A DNA stretch of 55,789 nt from Paracoccaceae bacterium. Lineage in GTDB: Bacteria; Pseudomonadota; Alphaproteobacteria; Rhodobacterales; Rhodobacteraceae. Location: assembly GCA_009920815.1 (NCBI GenBank), contig RFZH01000001.1:1-55789 (forward strand), given 5' to 3'. This document shows positions 31,748 through 45,177 of this stretch, piece by piece; the first letter of the stretch is position 1; each line of letters opens with the position of its first letter. The notes beneath the pieces were generated by a model. That model was given only the letters and a program-made list of their open reading frames with translations. It had not been told where the DNA came from and did no database searches. A program made the position numbers and the translations under genes.

Positions 31748-34700
31748 TCATTGTGCTGCGATCCCTTCCATTCGGTCTTCAAGCGCGTCAGCCGCATTTT
31801 GCAACGCCGCGATCGTGTCGGGATCAGGGGTCCAATAGGCGCGATCTGTCGCCTCAAGCAGGCGGTTCGCCATGCGCGAACTGGCAGTCGGGTTCAACGA
31901 CGCCAAACGTTCGCGCATGGCTTCATCTAGGACAAAGGTTTCGGTGATGCGTTGATATACCCAAGGGTCGACCTGTCCGGTGGTGGCAGACCAGCCCAAG
32001 GTATTTGTCACATGCGCCTCAAGCTGGCGCACGCCCTCGGCACCATGCTCTAAAAGCGCTTCGTAGAATTTTGGGTTCAAAGACCGTGACCGTGTTTCCA
32101 GCGCGACTTGGTCCGCAAGGGTGCGCACCTTGCCTGTGCCTTTGGTATGGTCCGAGATATAAACAGGGATGTCTTGGCCACTGCGCGCGCGTTTCACCGC
32201 GCGTGATATCCCGCCCAAAGTGTCGAAATAATGGTCCACCGTCGTGACACCCAATTCGACACTTTCTAGGTTTTGATAGGCCAGTTCAACCTTGGACAAC
32301 ACGTTTTTCAAAAGCTTTTGGTTCTGGGTTGGTTTGCCGTTGCGACCATAGGCAAAGCTTTTGCGCGCCTCATAGGCATCGGCCAATTCGTCCTCTTGAT
32401 CAAAGGCGGAACTATCGACCAGCTGATTGACGTTTGATCCATATGCGCCTTCGGCGTTGGAAAAAATCCGCAGTGCGGCGGTTTCCAAATCATCCCCCGT
32501 CTCGGCCATATGGGCCAAGGTATTGGCCTTGACGAAATTCATCTCGGGATCTTCATCTGCAGCCGCGGCTTTATAGGTCGCTTCGGCCAACATGCGGGTT
32601 TGCAAGGGCAAAAGGTCGCGGAAAATCCCAGACAGCGTCATAATCACGTCAATCCGTGGGCGGCCTAATTCGGTCAAGGGGATCAAATCGGCACCCGACA
32701 GACGGCCAAAGCTGTCAAAGCGCGGACGCGCCCCAATCAACGCCAGCGCTTGGGCAATCTGTGCGCCGTCTGATTTAATATTGTCAGACCCCCACAAAAC
32801 CAAGGCAACCGTGCGGGGCAGTGATGCATGTTTTTCCAACAGCATATTTGCCTGATCTGCACCTTGACGACAGGCAAACGCCGTTGGCATGCGAAACGGA
32901 TCAAACGCATGAATGTTGCGCCCTGTTGGCAAAATATCACGCGATCTAACGATGTCACCGCCTGCGACTGGGGGCGTAAAGCCCGCGTCAAGCGCATGTA
33001 GGATCGCGGGAATTTCGGTGTTCTGCCCCAAGGCATCGGACATTGCCGCACGCGCATCGTCGGACAAATCCCCAACTGCGGTCAGATAGGCATGCCGTTG
33101 TTGATCGCTGATCCCCCGTCCCACAATGTGCAGCCCTTCGGGAACCAATGCCTCTTCGGTTTCTAATAATTTCAGCCAAAGCGCGGCGGTATCCGTTTCC
33201 GCAAAATCGACCGCCTCGGCCTGATCTTTTATCAACGCCTCTAATTCTGTGCGGTTTGGGTCGTCTTGCGCCATCTCGCGCCATCTGGTCAGGCTGTCCT
33301 TGAGGTCAAGCAAACCCTTGTACAGACCCGCCGACGAAACAGGTGGCGTTAGATGTGTGATTGTCACCGCATTGCTGCGCCGCTTGGCAAGGCTTGCCTC
33401 GGACGGATTGTTGCACGCATATACGTAAATATTGGGCAAATCGCCAATCAACCGATCAGGCCAATCTGCACCACTGACACCGGCCTGCTTTCCGGGCATG
33501 AATTCCAACGCGCCATGCATGCCAAAATGCAGCACAGCATCGGCACAGAAGTCACGTTTCAGCCATTGATAGAACGTCGAAAACGCATGAGTGGGTGCAA
33601 AGCCCTTTTCGAATAGCAACCGCATGGGGTCACCTTCGTATCCAAAGGTGGGCTGCACACCGACAAAGATGTTGCCAAACTGTTGACCCAGCACAAAGAC
33701 AGAACTGCCATCGGATTGCACGCGGCCCGGGGCGGGGCCCCACTGTGTCTCAATCTCGTCGAGCCATGGTGTATTGCGCAATATCCAATCGGCATTTACC
33801 CGCGCGACAACATTTGCGTCTTGGCCCAAGGTCTTTGAATTGCCGCCCAAGACCGCATCACGCAACGCTTCAACCGTTTCGGGAACATCCAAAGTATATC
33901 CAGCGTCGCGCATAGCGCCCATTGTGTTATGCAGCGACCCAAACACATCCAAATAGGCGGCCGTCCCTGCCGCGCCGGCATTCGGTGGAAAGCCAAACAA
34001 AACGATGCCAACCCGACGATTTACACGCTCTGATAGGCGCAGCGCCACCAATTTTTCCGTTCGTGCGACCAGTGCATCAATGCGTTCAAAACATGGTGCC
34101 ATCGCTCTGGCGTCTGTGGCTTTGCACGCATAAGAACACCCGCGACAGCCACCCTCTTCACCATGTCGGCCGGCAAAAACTGTCGGTGTTGTGGCGCCGT
34201 CTAATTCAGGCAGGGCAATGAGCATCGTGGTTTCAATAGGACCCAAGCCCCCCGCCGAAGCCGCCCATTGTGACAAGGTCTGAAACTCTAACGGATGGGC
34301 CGCAACATATGGAATGTCCAACGTTTTCAGCACCTCAACAGCGGCATCCGTGTTGTTATACGCAGGCCCACCCACCAATGAAAAACCAGAGAGCGAAACC
34401 ATCGCATCAATAGTGGCAACACCGTTATGTTGGAAATATTGGTCAATCGCAGGACGCCCATCCAAGCCTCCGGCAAAAGCAGGGACGACTTGGACGTTTT
34501 GTGCTTCAAATCGACGGATCACCGCGTCGTAATGCGCGGTATCACCGCTAAGCACATATGACCGCATTAACAACAATCCGACCCGCCCTTTGGGATTTGC
34601 GATCTTTGGCAGTGACGCAAAATCCAAGGCCATGCGCCCCGGAATGTCCGGATGATACAAGCCGACATCCGGATATTCGCGTGGCAAAGCAACGGCACGA

Positions 34701-35300
34701 CCAGCCCAACCTGAAACGCGCGAATATCGTGATAGCAAGAAGCGCAACATCGCTTCGATATTCTCGTCGCTTCCACCCAGCCAATATTGCATGACCAAAA
34801 ACCAAGCGCGCAGATCTTGGGCCTTGCCTGGAATATACTTCAGGATCTTGGGCAAACGGCGCAACATGCGCATTTTCTTTTCGCCGGTTTCGGTCGATGG
34901 CTTGGACGACCCGCGCAGCTTTTTCAAAAGCGCCATGGTCCCGCTTTCGGGTGCGGCCATATCTAGCGATCCCATGCGGGTTTGTTTCACCAACGCGGCG
35001 TCACAGATCATGCCAACCATCGCATCACAATGATCACGCCGCGCCATTAGAATTGGTAAAAGCGGGCGCACATGCTCTTCTAAAAACAGCAAGTTCACGA
35101 TGATGATATCCGCACGTTCAATCGCAGCCTTGGCACGGTCAAACGATGTGGGATCTTCGCCCCATTGGGCGGCGGCAAAAATTTCAATTTCAAGGCCTGG
35201 AAAATCGGTTGCCAAAGCGGCAAGCGCACGTTCACACGGCCGCGCGTTATGCGCGTCTAACGTCACAATCGCAATGCGATAGGATTGGATATCAGGGCCG

Positions 35301-35311
<11 letters not shown>
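31748..35311 (-). CDS. bchH: Magnesium chelatase subunit H
   Basis: The track ORF extends to 35443. ATG 35311 ([25 protein letters not shown]...) gives 1187 aa, the normal BchH size, with an 11-nt overlap onto the bchB stop. Confidence 0.94.
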
Positions 35312-38585
<3,274 letters not shown>

Positions 38586-38640
38586 GGGCGTTAAACTCCC
38601 AACGCTTGTAATGATTTAAGTATTGCTGATGAATTAAATA

Positions 38641-38691
38641 TGTCAATAAAAACTTACATTATTGGTCAGTATATGTAAAATAAGATATACA
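38641..38691. promoter_or_regulatory. Two PpsR/CrtJ-type operators in the divergent bchF / ppaA region
   Basis: tgtcaataaaaacttaca (38641-38658) and tgtaaaataagatataca (38674-38691) are both perfect TGT-N12-ACA sites, 15 bp apart. Confidence 0.7.
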
Positions 38692-38749
38692 CCCCACAAA
38701 TGGCATACAGAGCCAAGAGTTGACAGACAAAGATCGGAGGCCAAACTAA

Positions 38750-38866
38750 ATGAAATATAACCGCTTAATGAATTTGACAGAATGCACCCGACCTGAGACA
38801 CTCTTGAAGACACATAGTAATTTTGGTATTCTAATTGAGTATAAACGTCGCCATTTTACGCTATGA
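38750..38866 (+). CDS. Candidate 38-aa small ORF / leader peptide upstream of ppaA (speculative)
   Basis: Hand-read ORF MKYNRLMNLTECTRPETLLKTHSNFGILIEYKRRHFTL. GGAGG lies at 38736-38740, 9 nt before the ATG, and the stop is 12 nt before the ppaA ATG. I recognise no homology. Confidence 0.2.
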   Translation: MKYNRLMNLTECTRPETLLKTHSNFGILIEYKRRHFTL

Positions 38867-38878
38867 CTGGGGGCATAA

Positions 38879-39673
38879 ATGGACGATCAGGGTAAAACTA
38901 AAAAGCCACCAAACTGGCAGCAAGACCACATAAACAAGCTTGCTAAAAACGCAATGACGACAGCACGTTCGCATTTAAACCCAGACTCAAGCGCTCGGTT
39001 GAATGAGGCGACTGATTGGCTTGAAGCGTATTCGTTAAAACCAGATTTCGACACAAATTATGCGCTGCGAACATTAATATCCCGTGGAATAGCCGAAGAT
39101 ATTATTGTCGACTATTGCATTCCGCGTGCCGCGTGTAGCCATGGCGATCGGTGGGTTTCGGATACGCTGAGCTTTTCAGAGGTTTCGATCGGGACAGTGC
39201 ACCTGCAAATGTTGCTAAAAACGATCACCAATAACCGCAAAGTCGACGTTCGCAATGAGCTAGGGAAATGCCTTTTGATTACCGCCCTAGAGGATGAACA
39301 GCACACCTTAGGTGCGCTGGTTCTTGGCGATCAGATGCGCCGCAGAGGATATTCATTAAAGATATTAATAAATTCCTCTTTGAATGAGGTTTCGCGTCAC
39401 CTTTCAAACAACTCATATGACGCCCTTTTGTTTTCTGCTGGCTCAGAACGGATCGCGCAACTATCCGCTCAGTGTGTAAATAAAATTAGACACATCCAGA
39501 AAAATAGTCCAAAGATGTTTCTAGGCGGATCAATCCTAGCCTTTGGTGTGTCCGAGTCTGTTGCCTCAGAATTCAATCTCGTGACTAACAATCTTGACTT
39601 AGTCATTGATGAAATTGAAAATAATGTCATTCGCGTATCGTCGCGCGTGGCCTTGGAAAGGTATAATTCATGA
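38879..39673 (+). CDS. ppaA: Cobalamin-binding photopigment regulator PpaA/AerR
   Basis: 264 aa with a B12-binding-domain signature E-x-H-x-x-G (EDEQHTLGALVLGD). It lies immediately upstream of, and overlaps (ATGA), ppsR. Confidence 0.82.
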   Translation: MDDQGKTKKPPNWQQDHINKLAKNAMTTARSHLNPDSSARLNEATDWLEAYSLKPDFDTNYALRTLISRGIAEDIIVDYCIPRAACSHGDRWVSDTLSFSEVSIGTVHLQMLLKTITNNRKVDVRNELGKCLLITALEDEQHTLGALVLGDQMRRRGYSLKILINSSLNEVSRHLSNNSYDALLFSAGSERIAQLSAQCVNKIRHIQKNSPKMFLGGSILAFGVSESVASEFNLVTNNLDLVIDEIENNVIRVSSRVALERYNS

Positions 39674-40272
39674 AGACAAGCTCAGACCTTACGTGGGAAT
39701 TTGGTGCTGTTCCTATGATAGAACCCGAATATTTGGGGGGTATCCTTGCCACGTCGTCTGACATTGCCTTGTTGATTGATTCAAAAGCTAAAATTCACTC
39801 TATTCTTTTAAACGCGTCAGAAAAATTATATGGCAACCTTAGCCATTGGGAAGGTCGTGATCTAAACCAATTTCTGACGATAGAAAGCAGGCCCAAATTA
39901 AAAAAAGCACTTGAACGTATGCTAGAGGGCGAAACGATTTTTTATGGGCTAGAGCTTAACCACGAAGATAACGCTCAGTGGAAATTTCCAGTGCGCTACA
40001 ATATCCACTGTTTGGGCGATCATAACAAAATTCTACTGCTTGGGCGTGATCTGCGGACTTTGTCTGAAAACCAACAGCGCCTGATCCAAGCACAAATCGC
40101 GGTTGAGCGCAGTATCGAGGAAAAGCGCGAATATGATGCGCATTTTCGGTTGCTATTAAATAGCATTAACGAACCTGTCGCGTTTGTGAACGCGGACACC
40201 GGTTCCATTTTGCATGCCAACGGGGCTTTCACGGACTTAATTGGTGTTGAAGAGTCCGAGCTTGAAACCTAG
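39670..40272 (+). CDS. ppsR: PpsR/CrtJ repressor, N-terminal fragment (N-domain, Q-linker, start of PAS1) ending at a premature TAG
   Basis: 200 aa. SENQQRLIQAQIAVERSIEEKREYDAHFRLLLNSINEPVAFVNADTGSILHANGAF matches the PpsR Q-linker/PAS1 entry. The frame stops after about 35 PAS1 residues. Confidence 0.85.
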   Translation: MKTSSDLTWEFGAVPMIEPEYLGGILATSSDIALLIDSKAKIHSILLNASEKLYGNLSHWEGRDLNQFLTIESRPKLKKALERMLEGETIFYGLELNHEDNAQWKFPVRYNIHCLGDHNKILLLGRDLRTLSENQQRLIQAQIAVERSIEEKREYDAHFRLLLNSINEPVAFVNADTGSILHANGAFTDLIGVEESELET

Positions 40273-40301
40273 TCTCGACCTTTCATCACAGTTCAGACGC
40301 C

Positions 40302-40835
40302 ATGGTCTTCAGCGATTCCAAAGGTTCAATACAATACGTCAATGAACGCTTTTTGGATTTGGTCAATGCGGGACATAAAAAAGAGGTAGTTGGCCAAAAT
40401 CTAGCGGAGTTTTTAGGCCGAGGGCAAATCGATCTGGCGATTATGTTGGAAAATGTCGTCAAGTCTGGATCGGTCAAAACATATGCAACGCATCTGAAAA
40501 GCAGTTTCGGGACCAAAATTGATGTCGAAGCTTCGGTTTCACGAAACCAATCAGAAAAAAACACACTGATTGCTTTTATCATTCGCGAAGTGTCACATCT
40601 GGATGAAAATCAATACAGCGGCTTTGCACATTCACAACAGGATGAGACCTCTGCCAAAGATTTGGTTGGCCGTGCGACACTAAAAGAAATTGTGTCAGAA
40701 ACCACTGATGTTATTGAAAAAGTATGCATCGAGGCCGCGTTAGAAATGACAAACAACAATCGTGCAGCGGCAGCCGAAATGTTGGGATTATCGCGCCAAA
40801 GCCTTTACGTCAAACTTAGTAAATTTGATATCTAG
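40302..40835 (+). CDS. ppsR: PpsR/CrtJ repressor, C-terminal fragment (PAS2 plus Fis-type HTH) in a different frame
   Basis: 177 aa from the first ATG; the frame is open from 40266. It contains the PAS2 entry DAMVFSDSKGSIQYVNERFLDLV and the HTH TLKEIVSETTDVIEKVCIEAALEMTNNNRAAAAEMLGLSRQSLYVKLSKF. No Shine-Dalgarno sequence is evident. Confidence 0.8.
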   Translation: MVFSDSKGSIQYVNERFLDLVNAGHKKEVVGQNLAEFLGRGQIDLAIMLENVVKSGSVKTYATHLKSSFGTKIDVEASVSRNQSEKNTLIAFIIREVSHLDENQYSGFAHSQQDETSAKDLVGRATLKEIVSETTDVIEKVCIEAALEMTNNNRAAAAEMLGLSRQSLYVKLSKFDI

Positions 40836-40936
40836 CACAATCCAGCATTAATCGCGCCAAGTCACATGTAAAACCAAGTGATCACGATCCCCACCCACCG
40901 TGTGGGGGTTCAAGTTTTTGTTGCAAGAATCCGAAA

Positions 40937-40954
40937 TGTCAATAATATGTGACA
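40937..40954. promoter_or_regulatory. PpsR/CrtJ-type operator abutting the bchG start codon
   Basis: tgtcaataatatgtgaca is a perfect TGT-N12-ACA that ends 1 nt before the bchG ATG (40956). Confidence 0.6.
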
Positions 40955-40955
40955 C

Positions 40956-41861
40956 ATGAGTGTCATTAAAACTAAACACGCGCCCGCTTACCCAAAACCA
41001 TCTGTCGCTCTTGAGCTATTGAAACCCATTACTTGGTTCCCACCAATGTGGGCGTTTGCATGTGGCGTGATTTCCTCTGGCGTCGCGATTTCAGAAAATC
41101 TTGATTTGTTAATTTTGGGTGTCCTGTTAGCAGGTCCAATCGTTTGCGGGATGAGCCAAGCTGCAAATGATTGGTGTGATCGACATGTTGATTTGATCAA
41201 TGAACCGCACCGCCCTATTCCATCGGGCCGTATGCCGGGGTTATGGGGATTATGGATCGCCTTGGCGATGTCCGCGGGTGCATTGGCATTGGGGTGGACG
41301 TTAGGAAAATGGGGGTTTTATGCCACTGTGGTTGCAGTGGCCGCTGCATGGGCCTATTCCGTCGAACCCATTCGATTAAAGCGATCAGGCTGGCTGGGCC
41401 CCGGATTGGTTGGCCTATGCTACGAAGGAATCCCGTGGTTCACAGGTGCTGCGATAATGGTGCAGGGTCTGCCTAATACACAGATTATCACTTGTGCCGT
41501 CCTTTATGCGATTGGTGCGCATGGCATAATGACACTAAATGATTTCAAAGCGTTAAAGGGTGATACAGCATTAGGCATTCGATCATTGCCGGTGCAACTT
41601 GGCCCGAACAAAGCGGCGCGTATTGCATGCTGGGTGATGACAATTCCCCAAGTGATTGTTGCTCTTTTGCTGCTGCGCTGGGATTTAACGCTAAGTGCTG
41701 CATTGATTGGTTTGCTTATCTTTGGGCAAATTATGGCAATGCGTAAATTGCTAATCGACCCCGAAAAATATGCACCTTGGTATAACGCAACAGGCGTCTT
41801 GATGTTCGTTTTTGGCATGATGATTTGTGCATTCGGGCTGCGTGGCGCTGCTAATATTTAG
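40956..41861 (+). CDS. bchG: Bacteriochlorophyll a synthase
   Basis: 301 aa, a UbiA-family prenyltransferase with the Asp-rich motif NDWCDRHVD. Confidence 0.93.
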   Translation: MSVIKTKHAPAYPKPSVALELLKPITWFPPMWAFACGVISSGVAISENLDLLILGVLLAGPIVCGMSQAANDWCDRHVDLINEPHRPIPSGRMPGLWGLWIALAMSAGALALGWTLGKWGFYATVVAVAAAWAYSVEPIRLKRSGWLGPGLVGLCYEGIPWFTGAAIMVQGLPNTQIITCAVLYAIGAHGIMTLNDFKALKGDTALGIRSLPVQLGPNKAARIACWVMTIPQVIVALLLLRWDLTLSAALIGLLIFGQIMAMRKLLIDPEKYAPWYNATGVLMFVFGMMICAFGLRGAANI

Positions 41862-41878
41862 GGATCTTAGGACACATC

Positions 41879-43186
41879 ATGACACTAAGTTGGGTATCTA
41901 TCTTTCGACTGGGGCTGGTGCAAATGTGCCTAGGCGCCGTCGTCGTTTTGATGACATCTACTTTGAACCGGCTCATGGTTGTCGAACTTGCGATGGCAGC
42001 CACGGTCCCAGGGTTCTTGGTCGGTTTACATTACGTTGTTCAGCTCTCGCGCCCAAAATGGGGGCTTGTATCAGACGTTGAAAATAACCGCACAAAATGG
42101 ATTATTCTGGGAATGATAATATTGGGCGTGGGCGCAAACTTGGCGACATATAGCGTTAAAATTTATGAAACAACGCCAGCGTTATCTATGATTGTTTCAG
42201 TATTTGCCTATACGCTTATTGGTGTCGGGGTCGGCGCGTCAGGAACGTCGCTTTTGGCGTTGCTGGCGAAACACACAGCCGCCCGACGTCGGCCCGCGGC
42301 AGCGATGATTACATGGTTGATGATGATTTTTGGCATTGCAATGACCGCGGGTGTGGTTGGGCAATTGCTGGCGCCGTATAGCTCGGAACGTTTAACCCAA
42401 GTCGTGCTAGGACTGACCATTTTGACTGTTGTGCTGACCGTTCTTGCGACATGGCGTGTTGAACGTGGGTTAGCCCAAATTGGTACAGACGCGCATCCAA
42501 GCGCACCGTTGATACAGGAACTGGGCATAGTTTGGGCCCATCCTGACACACGGCGGTTCACCATATTCGTATTTCTGTCTATGACAGCCTATTTCATGCA
42601 AGAGCTTATCTTAGAACCTTATGCAGGATTGGTGTTCCTTTACACACCCAGCCAAACGACATCTTTGTCAGGCATACAAAATGGCGGTGTTTTCATGGGC
42701 ATGCTGAGTGTGGGCATTCTGGCCTCTGCGCTTAACTTTGGCACGCTTAGGGGCTGGGTGAAATTGGGCTGTATTGGATCGGCATCGATGCTGTTGGCGA
42801 TTATGGCAATGGGGCATATCACCACCGGAATCCCGCTTGAGGCCGCTGTATTTGGCTTGGGCGTTTTTAACGGCATGTTCGCGGTATCGGCAATTGGGTC
42901 GATGATGACCCTTGCTGGACGAGGCCCATCATCGCGCGAAGGTACACGGATGGGTTTATGGGGCGCGGCCCAAGCCATTGCTGCTGGTTTTGGCGGATTG
43001 GTTGGCACGCTTTTGGTTGACATGCTGCAAGCCACACAATTTTCAACAGTGAGCGCGTATGGGATTGTCTTTACGTTCGAAGCAGTCTTGTTCATTTGGT
43101 CCGCAATACTTGCCGAAAGCTCAATCCTTTCCAACACAAAACTACAGACAGCCCGTACAGTCGCAGGAGATTTAAAAAATGTATGA
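41879..43186 (+). CDS. PucC/BCD-family MFS protein encoded between bchG and bchP
   Basis: 435 aa with about 12 TM segments. It is a paralog of lhaA, at the conserved position bchG-MFS-bchP. Confidence 0.85.
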   Translation: MTLSWVSIFRLGLVQMCLGAVVVLMTSTLNRLMVVELAMAATVPGFLVGLHYVVQLSRPKWGLVSDVENNRTKWIILGMIILGVGANLATYSVKIYETTPALSMIVSVFAYTLIGVGVGASGTSLLALLAKHTAARRRPAAAMITWLMMIFGIAMTAGVVGQLLAPYSSERLTQVVLGLTILTVVLTVLATWRVERGLAQIGTDAHPSAPLIQELGIVWAHPDTRRFTIFVFLSMTAYFMQELILEPYAGLVFLYTPSQTTSLSGIQNGGVFMGMLSVGILASALNFGTLRGWVKLGCIGSASMLLAIMAMGHITTGIPLEAAVFGLGVFNGMFAVSAIGSMMTLAGRGPSSREGTRMGLWGAAQAIAAGFGGLVGTLLVDMLQATQFSTVSAYGIVFTFEAVLFIWSAILAESSILSNTKLQTARTVAGDLKNV

Positions 43187-44357
43187 CGTTCTTGTTATTG
43201 GCGGTGGCCCCTGCGGCGCAACTGCTGCAGAAGATTTGGCAAAATTGGGTTATTCTGTTGCGCTCTTGGATCGTCCAGGCAAAATCAAGGCCTGCGGCGG
43301 GGCAATCCCACCTGTATTGATCCAAGATTTTGACATACCCGACCACCTGTTATGCGCAAAAATCGATACCGCCCGTATGGTTTCGCCCAAAAAGCGTAGC
43401 GTGGACATTCCAATTGAAAATGGATTTGTCGGCATGGTTGACCGCGATATTTTCGACAACTTCCTGCGCAAACGCGCCGAGGCAAACGGAGTTACCCTTT
43501 TCCGTGGCACTTTTGAAACCTTGGCGCGCCCCACCGGCACCCCCGAAGTCACCTATTTCAATCATGACAGCCGTGAAAAAGATATCATCTGTGCAAAAAT
43601 GATTATTGGCGCTGATGGCGCGCGCAGCAAAGTTGGAAAATCTGAAATCAAGGGCGCCGAAAAAATACCATATGTGATCGCATATCACGAAATCATTCGC
43701 GCCCCCAAGGATGCACCCGCTTACCAAGCGCACAGATGCGATGTAATCTATGATGGCAGCGTATCACCCGATTTCTATGGATGGGTGTTTCCGCATGGTG
43801 ACACAGTGTCCGTGGGGATGGGTACAGGTGTCGATGGCTTTGATTTGAAAAAAGCCACCACTGCCTTGCGCGAAACATCCGGACTTTCCACCTGTGAGAC
43901 GATCCGCAAAGAAGGCGCGCCAATACCACTTAAGCCCTTGAAAAAGTGGGACAATGATAAAGATGTTGTTTTGGCAGGCGATGCTGCTGGCGTTGTTGCG
44001 CCTAGCTCAGGAGAAGGCATTTATTATGCTATGTGTTCTGGTCGCATGGCTGCCAAAGCGGTGGCGGAAACTTTGCGAACCGGTCAAGCAAAGCACCTTC
44101 GCAATGCGCGTCGTGCATTTATAAAACAACACGGAACCGTCTTTCGGGTTTTGGGCGCGATGCAAAACGCCTATTACAAAACGGATTCACGGCGAGAACG
44201 GTTTGTATCCCTCTGCCATGATGTTGATGTCCAAACCATGACATTCGAAGCCTATATGAACAAAAAACTAACACGCGCAAAGCCAATGGCGCATTTGCGC
44301 ATATCGTTCAAAAATTTAGCGCATCTCACTGGGTTGGTGCCTGAGGAGTTCGTATGA
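43179..44357 (+). CDS. bchP: Geranylgeranyl diphosphate/bacteriochlorophyll reductase
   Basis: 392 aa with FAD fold VIGGGPCGATAAEDLA, at the position after the MFS gene. Confidence 0.93.
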   Translation: MYDVLVIGGGPCGATAAEDLAKLGYSVALLDRPGKIKACGGAIPPVLIQDFDIPDHLLCAKIDTARMVSPKKRSVDIPIENGFVGMVDRDIFDNFLRKRAEANGVTLFRGTFETLARPTGTPEVTYFNHDSREKDIICAKMIIGADGARSKVGKSEIKGAEKIPYVIAYHEIIRAPKDAPAYQAHRCDVIYDGSVSPDFYGWVFPHGDTVSVGMGTGVDGFDLKKATTALRETSGLSTCETIRKEGAPIPLKPLKKWDNDKDVVLAGDAAGVVAPSSGEGIYYAMCSGRMAAKAVAETLRTGQAKHLRNARRAFIKQHGTVFRVLGAMQNAYYKTDSRRERFVSLCHDVDVQTMTFEAYMNKKLTRAKPMAHLRISFKNLAHLTGLVPEEFV

Positions 44358-44893
44358 CAATTTTGATCCCCGCTTGGGTGGATGGTGCGCTTTGCCCGGT
44401 CGAAAAACTTGAAGCCCATAGAAAAGGTCTAAGGCATAAAGCGATTTCAATTTTTACATTTTCGCAAGGCGATGTTTTACTGCAACAACGGGCGATGAGC
44501 AAATACCATTCACCGGGACAATGGGCAAATACCTGCTGTACCCACCCAAACTGGGGCGAAGATAGCCACGCCGCTGCACATCGCAGAGTTTCAGACGAAT
44601 TAAACCTAACGGGATTGGATCTAAAGTATATTGATCAAATCGAATATCGGGCTGACGTCGGCAATGATCTAATCGAACACGAAGTTGTAGATTGCTTTAT
44701 TGCGGTCTGCGATACACGCCCTGTTATCGACCCCAACCCTAGTGAGGTCATGGATTATACTTGGATTAATCCACATACCTTAAAGACCCGCATTGCAACC
44801 GCGCCGAACCACTATACAAAATGGCTCCAAATTTATGTTCAGGACCATTTTGAATCACTATTTCGGCGCGGTTGTGAACTGTCGGCGTCTTAG
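44354..44893 (+). CDS. idi: Isopentenyl-diphosphate delta-isomerase, type 1
   Basis: 179 aa, Nudix-like type 1 IDI with WANTCCTHP and IEHEV motifs. It has an ATGA overlap with bchP. Confidence 0.88.
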   Translation: MTILIPAWVDGALCPVEKLEAHRKGLRHKAISIFTFSQGDVLLQQRAMSKYHSPGQWANTCCTHPNWGEDSHAAAHRRVSDELNLTGLDLKYIDQIEYRADVGNDLIEHEVVDCFIAVCDTRPVIDPNPSEVMDYTWINPHTLKTRIATAPNHYTKWLQIYVQDHFESLFRRGCELSAS

Positions 44894-45102
44894 ATTTGTT
44901 TCGTCATATAAAATGCCGCAAAAATACCCAACACCAATAAAAGGAATTTGGCAGCAAAGGCAGCTTTATGGAAAAACGCACTGTCGCGGAACACAAGGAT
45001 TGACGCCCCCGCCGCATAGGCTTGGCCAGATTGTTTCAATTTTTGGGCATTCAGGTCATTCATCGCGGCCGTATAGCGCGCATTCATTTCAGTTTTCGTC
45101 AT
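44890..45102 (-). CDS. Hypothetical small tail-anchored membrane protein
   Basis: 70 aa. GGGGAGA lies 7-8 nt upstream of the ATG, and a C-terminal hydrophobic segment is present (FLLLVLGIFAAFYM). Its stop overlaps the convergent idi stop by 4 nt. No family was recognised. Confidence 0.4.
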   Translation of the reverse strand: MTKTEMNARYTAAMNDLNAQKLKQSGQAYAAGASILVFRDSAFFHKAAFAAKFLLLVLGIFAAFYMTKQI

Positions 45103-45177
45103 AACGTCGTCTCCCCAATATCATAACGGGACCATTTCAAGCGCACCTCGTATTGTCAACACCCCTAGAGAGAGGAC

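Noticed and set aside
40889-40920. Hairpin ccccac/gtgggg followed by a T-rich stretch after ppsR as a terminator
   Set aside because: The stem is only 6 bp, and the T-run (gtttttg) is separated from it by about 8 nt. This is not convincing as an intrinsic terminator.
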